Assembly: GCA_964247055.1 (NCBI GenBank)
Contig: OZ176053.1
Span: 13,702,001-13,766,000 of the forward strand
From: Paragordius varius
Taxonomy: Eukaryota > Animalia > Nematomorpha
Length of the DNA stretch: 64,000 nt
Reading direction: 5' to 3'
Position numbers and translations under genes: made by a program
In this document: positions 56,931 to 64,000 of the stretch, one piece after another
Position numbering within the stretch: the first letter of the stretch is position 1
How the letters are laid out: every line of letters starts with the position of its first letter
The notes under the pieces: model-generated
The model's input: only the letters and a program-made list of their open reading frames with translations
The model's database searches: none
What the model was told of the DNA's origin: nothing

Positions 56931-59900
56931 AAAATTATTTTTTATACATTCTCTTATTAAGACTACATCAAAATATAGAGATAGTTTGAACTCTTTCATA
57001 TCCGATTTTTACAACGATACTTTTAAAATTAATGTATAAAACTAATCGCATCAATACTCAAGTTAAACTTTGTCCTTAAAAATCGGATATTGGTCTCCGG
57101 TGAACAAAATTATTTTTTATACATTCTCTTATTAAGACTACATCAAAATATAGAGATAGTTTGACAAACTCTTTCATATCCGATTTTTACAACGATACTT
57201 TGAAAATTAATGTATAAAATTAGTCGCATCAATACTCAAGCTAAACTTTGTCGTTAAAAATGGGGCATTGGTGACCGGTGAACAAAACTATTTTTTATAC
57301 ATTCTCTTAGTAAGACTACATCAAAATATAGAGATAGTTTGACAAACTCTTTCATATCCGATTTTTACAACGATACTTTTAAAATTAATGTATAAAACTA
57401 GTCGCATCAATACTCAAGTTAAACTTTGTCCTTAAAAATCGGATATTGGTCACCGGTGAACAAAATAATTTTTTATACATTCTCTTAGTAGTACTACATC
57501 AAAATATAGAGATCGTTTGACAAACTCTTTAATATCTGATTTTTAGAGCGATACTTTAAAATTTAATGTATAATTTAGCATACGACAATAAGCAAGTTAA
57601 ACTTTGTCCTTAAAAATCGGATATTAGTCACCGGTAAAGAAAATAATTTTTTATACATTCTCTTAGTAGGACTACATCAAAAAATAGAGATAGTTTGACA
57701 AACTCTTTCATATCCGATTTTTACAACGATACTTTTAAAATTAATGTATAAAACTAATCGCATGAATACTCAATTTAAACTTTGTCCTTAAAAATCGGAT
57801 ATTGGTCACCGGTGACCAAAATTATATTTTATACATTCTCTTATTAAGACTACATCAAAATGTAGAGATAGTTTGACAAACTCTTTCATATCCGATTTTT
57901 ACAACGATACTTTAAAAATTAATGTATAAAATTAGTCGCATCAATACTCAAGCTAAACTATGTCTTTAAAAATCGGATATTAGTCGCCGGTAAAGAAAAT
58001 TATTTTTTATACATTCTCTTAGTAAGACTACATCAAAATATAGAGATAGTTTGACAAACTCTTTAATATCTGATTTTTAGAGCTATACTTTAAAAATTAA
58101 TGTATAATTTAGCATACGACAATAAGCAAGTTAAACTTTGTCCTTAAAAATCGGATATTGGTCTCCGGTGAACAAAATTATTTTTTATACATTCTCTTAT
58201 TAAGACTACATCAAATAATAGAGATAGTTTAACAAACTCCTTCATATCCGATTTTTACAACGATACTTTAAAAATTAATGTATAAAACTAGTCGCATAAA
58301 TACTCAAGTTAAACTTTGTCCTTAAAAATCAGATATTGGTCACCGGTGAACAAAACTATTTTTTATACATTCTCTTAGTAAGACTACATCAAAATATAGA
58401 GATAGTTTGACAAACTTTTTAATATCTGTTTTTTACAACGATACTTTAAAAATTAATGTATAATTTAGCATACGACAATATTCAAGTTATACTTTGTCCT
58501 TAAAAATCGGATATTGGTGACCGGTGAACGAAACTATTTTCTATACATTCTCTTAGAAGGACTACATTAAAATATAGAGATAGTTTGACAAACTCTTTCA
58601 TATCCGATTTTTACAACGATACTTTAAAAATTAATGTATAAAACTAGTCGCATCAATACTCAAGTTAAACTTTGTCCTTAAAAATCAGATATTGGTCACC
58701 GGTGAACAAAACTATTTTTTATACATTCTCTTAGTAAGACTACATCAAAATATAGAGATAGTTTGACAAACTCTTTAATATCTGATTTTTAGAGCGATAA
58801 TTTAAAAATTAATGTATAATTTAGCATACGACAATAAGCAAGTTAAACTTTGTCCTTAAAAATCGGATATTAGTCGCCGGTAAAGAAAATAATTTTTTAT
58901 ACATTCTCTTAGTAGTACTACATCAAAATATAGAGATAGTTTGACAAACTCTTTAATATCTGATTTTTAGAGCGATACTTTAAAAATAAATGTATAATTT
59001 AGCATACGACAATAAGCAAGTTAAACTTTGTCCTTAAAAATCGGATATTGGTCTCCGGTGAACAAAATTATTTTTTATACATTCTCTTATTAAGACTACA
59101 TCAAAATATAGAGATAGTTTAACAAACTCTTTCATATCCGATTTTTACAACGATACTTTAAAAATTAATGTATAAAACTAGTCGCATCAATACTCAAGTT
59201 AAACTTTGTCCTTAAAAATCGGATATTGGTCTCCGGAGAACAAAATTATTTTTTATACATTCTCTTATTAAGACTACATCAAAATATAGAGATAGTTTGA
59301 CAAACTCTTTCATATCCGATTTTTACAACGATACGTTGAAAATTAATGTATAAAATTAGTCGTATAAATACTCAAGCTAAACTTTGTCCTTAAAAATCGG
59401 ATATTGGTCACCGGTGAACAAAATTATTTTTTATACATTCTCTTATTAAGACTACATCAAAATATAGAGATAGTTTGACTAACTCTTTCATATCCGATTT
59501 TTACAACGATACTTTTAAAATTAATGTATAAAACTAATCGCATCAATACTCAAGTTAAACTTTGTCCTTAAAAATCGGATATTGGTCTCCGGAGAACAAA
59601 ATTATTTTTTATACATTCTCTTATTAAGACTACATCAAAATATAGAGATAGTTTGACAAACTCTTTCATATCCGATTTTTACAACGATACGTTGAAAATT
59701 AATGTATAAAATTAGTCGTATAAATACTCAAGCTAAACTTTGTCCTTAAAAATGGGATATTGGTCACCGGTGAACAAAACTATTTTTTATACATTCTCTT
59801 AGTAAGACTACATCAAAATATAGAGATAGTTTGACAAACTCTTTCATATCCGATTTTTACAACGATACTTTTAAAATTAATGTATAAAACTAATCGCATC

Positions 59901-62900
59901 AATACTCAAGTAAAACTTTGTCTTTAAAAATCGGATATTGGTCACCGGTGAACAAAATTATTTTTTATACATTCTCTTATTAAGACTACATCAAAATATA
60001 GAGATAGTTTGACAAACTCTTTAATATCTGATTTTTAGAGCGATACTTTAAAAATTAATGTATAATTTAGCATACGACAATCAGCAAGTTAAACTTTGTC
60101 CTTAAAAATCGGATATTAGTCGCCGGTAAAGAAAATAATTTTTTATACATTCTCTTAGTAGTACTACATCAAAATATAGAGATAGTTTGACAAACTCTTT
60201 AATATCTGATTTTTAGAGCGATACTTTAAAAATAAATGTATAATTTAGCATACGACAATAAGCAAGTTAAACTTTGTCCTTAATAATCGGATATTGGTCT
60301 CCGGTGAACAAAATTATTTTTTATACATTCTCTTATTAAGACTACATCAAAATATAGAGATAGTTTAACAAACTCTTTCATATCCGATTTTTACAACGAT
60401 ACTTTAAAAATTAATGTATAAAACTAGTCGCATCAATACTCAAGTTAAACTTTGTCAAAAATCGGATATTGGTCACCTGTGAACAAAACTATTTTTTATA
60501 CATTCTTTTAGTAAGACTACATCAAAATATAGAGATAGTTTGAACTCTTTCATATCCGATTTTTACAACGATACTTTTAAAATTAATGTATAAAACTAAT
60601 CGCATCAATACTCAAGTTAAACTTTGTCCTTAAAAATCGGATATTGGTCTCCGGTGAACAAAATTATTTTTTATACATTCTCTTATTAAGACTACATCAA
60701 AATATAGAGATAGTTTGACAAACTCTTTCATATCCGATTTTTACAACGATACTTTAAAAATTAATGTATAAAACTAATCGCATCAATACTCAAGTTAAAC
60801 TTTGTCCTTAAAAATCGGATATTGGTCACCGGTGAACAAAATTATTTTTTATACATTCTCTTAGTAAGACTACATGAAAATATAGAGATAGTTTGACAAA
60901 CTCTTTCATATCCGATTTTTACAACGATACTTGAAAAAATTAATGTATAAAACTAGTCGTATCAATACTCAAGTTAAACTTTGTCCCTAAAAATCGGATA
61001 TTGGTCACCGGTGAACAAAATTATAATTTATACATTCTCTTATTAAGACTACATCAAAATATAGAGATAGTTTAACAAACTCTTTAATATCTAATTTTTA
61101 GAGCGATACTTTAAAAATTTATGTATAATTTAGCATACGACAATAAGCAAGTTAAACTTTGTCCTTAAAAATCGGATATTAGTCGCCGGTAAAGAAAATA
61201 ATTTTATATACATTCTCTTAGTAGTACTACATCAAAATATAGAGATAGTTTGACAAACTCTTTAATATCTGATTTTTGGAGCGAAACTTAAAAAATAAAT
61301 GTATAATTTAGCATACGACAATAAGCAAGTTAAACTTTTTCCTTAAAAATCGGATATTGGTCACCGGTGAACAAAATTATTTTTTATACATTCTCTTAGT
61401 AAGACTACATGAAAATATAGAGATAGTTTGACAAACTCTTTCATATCCGATTTTTACAACGATACTTGAAAAAATTAATGTATAAAACTAGTCGTATCAA
61501 TACTCAAGTTAAACTTTGTCCCTAAAAATCGGATATTGGTCACCGGTGAACAAAATTATAATTTATACATTCTCTTATTAAGACTACATCAAAATATAGA
61601 GATAGTTTAACAAACTCTTTAATATCTAATTTTTAGAGCGATACTTTAAAAATTTATGTATAATTTAGCATACGACAATAAGCAAGTTAAACTTTGTCCT
61701 TAAAAATCGGATATTAGTCGCCGGTAAAGAAAATAATTTTATATACATTCTCTTAGTAGTACTACATCAAAATATAGAGATAGTTTGACAAACTCTTTAA
61801 TATCTGATTTTTGGAGCGAAACTTAAAAAATAAATGTATAATTTAGCATACGACAATAAGCAAGTTAAACTTTTTCCTTAAAAATCGGATATTGGTCTCC
61901 GGTGAACAAAATTATTTTTTATACATTCTCTTATTAAGACTACATCAAAATATAGAGATAGTTTGAACTCTTTCATATCCGATTTTTACAACGATACTTT
62001 TAAAATTAATGTATAAAACTAATCGCATCAATACTCAAGTTAAACTTTGTCCTTAAAAATCGGATATTGGTCTCCGGTGAACAAAATTATTTTTTATACA
62101 TTCTCTTATTAAGACTACATCAAAATATAGAGATAGTTTGACAAACTCTTTCATATCCGATTTTTACAACGATACTTTGAAAATTAATGTATAAAATTAG
62201 TCGCATCAATACTCAAGCTAAACTTTGTCGTTAAAAATGGGGCATTGGTGACCGGTGAACAAAACTATTTTTTATACATTCTCTTAGTAAGACTACATCA
62301 AAATATAGAGATAGTTTGACAAACTCTTTCATATCCGATTTTTACAACGATACTTTTAAAATTAATGTATAAAACTAATTGCATCAATACTCAAGTTAAA
62401 CTTTGTCCTTAAAAATCGGATATTGGTCTCCGGTGAACAAAATTATTTTTTATACATTCTCTTATTAAGACTACATCAAAATATAGAGATAGTTTAACAA
62501 ACTCTTTCATATCCGATTTTTACAACGATACTTTAAAAATTAATGTATCGCATCAATACTCAAGTTAAACTTTGTCAAAAATCGGATATTGGTCACAGGT
62601 GAACAAAACTATTTTTTATACATTCTTTTAGTAAGACTACATCAAAATATAGAGATAGTTTGACTAACTCTTTCATATCCGATTTTTACAACGATATTTG
62701 AAAAAATTAATGTATAAAACTAGTCGTATCAATACTCAAGTTAAACTTTGTCAAAAATCGGATATTGGTCACCGGTGAACAAAATTATATTTTATACATT
62801 CTCTTACTAAGACTACATCAAAATATAGAGATAGTTTGACAAAGTCTTTAATATCTGATTTTTAGAGCGATACTTTAAAAATTAATGTATGATTTAGCAT

Positions 62901-64000
62901 ACGACAATAAGCAAGTTAAAATTTGTCCTTAAAAATCGGATATTAGTCGCCGGTAAAGAAAATAATTTTTTATACATTCTCTTAGTAGTACTACATCAAA
63001 ATATAGAGATAGTTTGAACTCTTTAATATCTGATTTTTAGAGAGATACTTTAAAAATTAATGTATAATTTAGCATATGACAATATTCAAGTTAAACTTTG
63101 TCCTTAAAAATCGGATATTGGTGACCGGTGAACGAAACTATTTTCTATACATTCTCTTAGAAGGACTACATTAAAATATAGAGATAGTTTGACAAACTCT
63201 TTCATATCCGATTTTTACAACGATACTTTTAAAATTAATGTATAAAACTAATCGCATCAATACTCAAGTTAAACTTTGTCCTTAAAAATCGGATATTGGT
63301 CTCGAACAAAATTATTTTTTATACATTCTCTTATTAAGACTACATCAAAATATAGAGATAGTTTGACAAACTCTTTAATATCTGATTTTTAGAGCGATAC
63401 TTTAAAAATTAATGTATAATTTAGCATACGACAATAAGCAAGTTAAACTTTGTCCTTAAAAATCGGATATTAGTCGCCGGTAAAGAAAATAATTTTTATA
63501 CATTCTCTTAGTAGTACTACATCAAAATATAGAGAGAGTTTGACAAACTCTTTAATATCTGATTTTTAGAGCGATACTTTAAAAATAAATGTATAATTTA
63601 GCATACGACAATAAGCAAGTTAAACTTTGTCCTTAAAAATCGGATATTGGTCTCCGGTGAACAAAACTATTTTTTATACATTCTCTTAGTAAGACTACAT
63701 CAAAATATAGAGATAGTTTGACAAACTCTTTCATATCCGATTTTTGCAACGATACTTTTAAAATTAATGTATAAAACTAATCGCATCAATACTCAAGTTA
63801 AACTTTGTCCTTAAAAATCGGATATTAATCACCGGTTAACAAAATTATTTTTTATACATTCTCTTAGTATGACTACATGAAAATATAGAGATAGTTTGAA
63901 AAACTCTTTCATATCCGATTTTTACAACGATACTTTAAAAATTAATTTAAAAAACTAGTCGTATCAATACTCAAGTTAAACTTTGTCCTTAAAAATCGGA

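Larger units (their letters stand above)
52485..62377 (+). repeat. Near-perfect tandem duplication at offset 4977 bp (28 monomers): 52485-57400 matches 57462-62377
   Basis: Offset 4977 at GAGATCGTT (52537/57514), CTATGTCTTT (52981/57958), CAATCAGC (55101/60078) and TGGGGCATTGG (57261/62238). First mismatches were found at 52484/57461 and 57401/62378. Confidence 0.92.
1..64000 (+). repeat. Tandem satellite DNA array, 178-bp AT-rich monomer, about 360 head-to-tail copies; extends beyond both window ends
   Basis: The unit CTTAGTAAGACTACATC...TATACATTCT recurs at 1, 179, 335, 513, 704 and onward to the window end. In regular stretches the pattern shifts by 2 nt per three 60-nt lines, giving 178 bp. 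No non-repeat insertion or strand switch was seen. Confidence 0.99.
46464..64000 (+). repeat. Distal satellite domain enriched in B-type and other divergent monomers
   Basis: About 36 B-type monomers in about 98 here, versus about 15 in about 260 upstream (hand counts). TTATTAAGAC, GGTCTCCGG, ACTAATCGC and CTTTTAAAA are common. No 156-bp or 191-bp monomers were seen. Confidence 0.85.

Noticed and set aside
1-64000. CRISPR array
   Set aside because: There are no unique spacers: the whole 178 bp is repeated, the unit is far longer than a CRISPR repeat, and no cas genes are present.
1-64000. Coding tandem repeat or hidden gene on either strand
   Set aside because: The ORF track reports a single short ORF across all six frames in 64 kb, and the period shifts the frame at every monomer.
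1-64000. Transposon or retroelement insertion, or an inverted segment of the array
   Set aside because: Reading through the window, every stretch aligns to the monomer in the same orientation. The oddest spots (7033 GATTATGG, 14461 AATAAATTGA, 49611 TGTGAAAA, 51396 GGGGATC) are only few-base variants.

Overview
The whole 64-kb window is one uninterrupted head-to-tail satellite DNA array with an AT-rich monomer of 178 bp (about 27.5% GC by hand count of monomer 1), roughly 360 copies, all in one orientation. I found no credible gene, RNA gene, CRISPR array or transposon insertion, and no multi-gene system. The single supplied ORF is a chance product of one monomer. I do not recognise the satellite family or the host: the length matches Arabidopsis CEN178, but I see no sequence similarity to it. 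The noteworthy content is structural. (1) The monomer carries two interleaved inverted repeats and three short palindromes. (2) It has discrete length variants (156, 191, 188 and about 175 bp) and a divergent 'B' subfamily with a 12-bp block replacement. (3) There is a nested hierarchy of block duplications and higher-order repeats, with offsets of 356, 367, 535, 1267, 1434/1613, 1459, 3047, 3362 and 4977 bp, plus long-range copies at 5.3 and 16 kb. (4) The subfamily composition shifts at about 46.5-48 kb. All counts and offsets were made by hand from diagnostic variants, so block boundaries are approximate.
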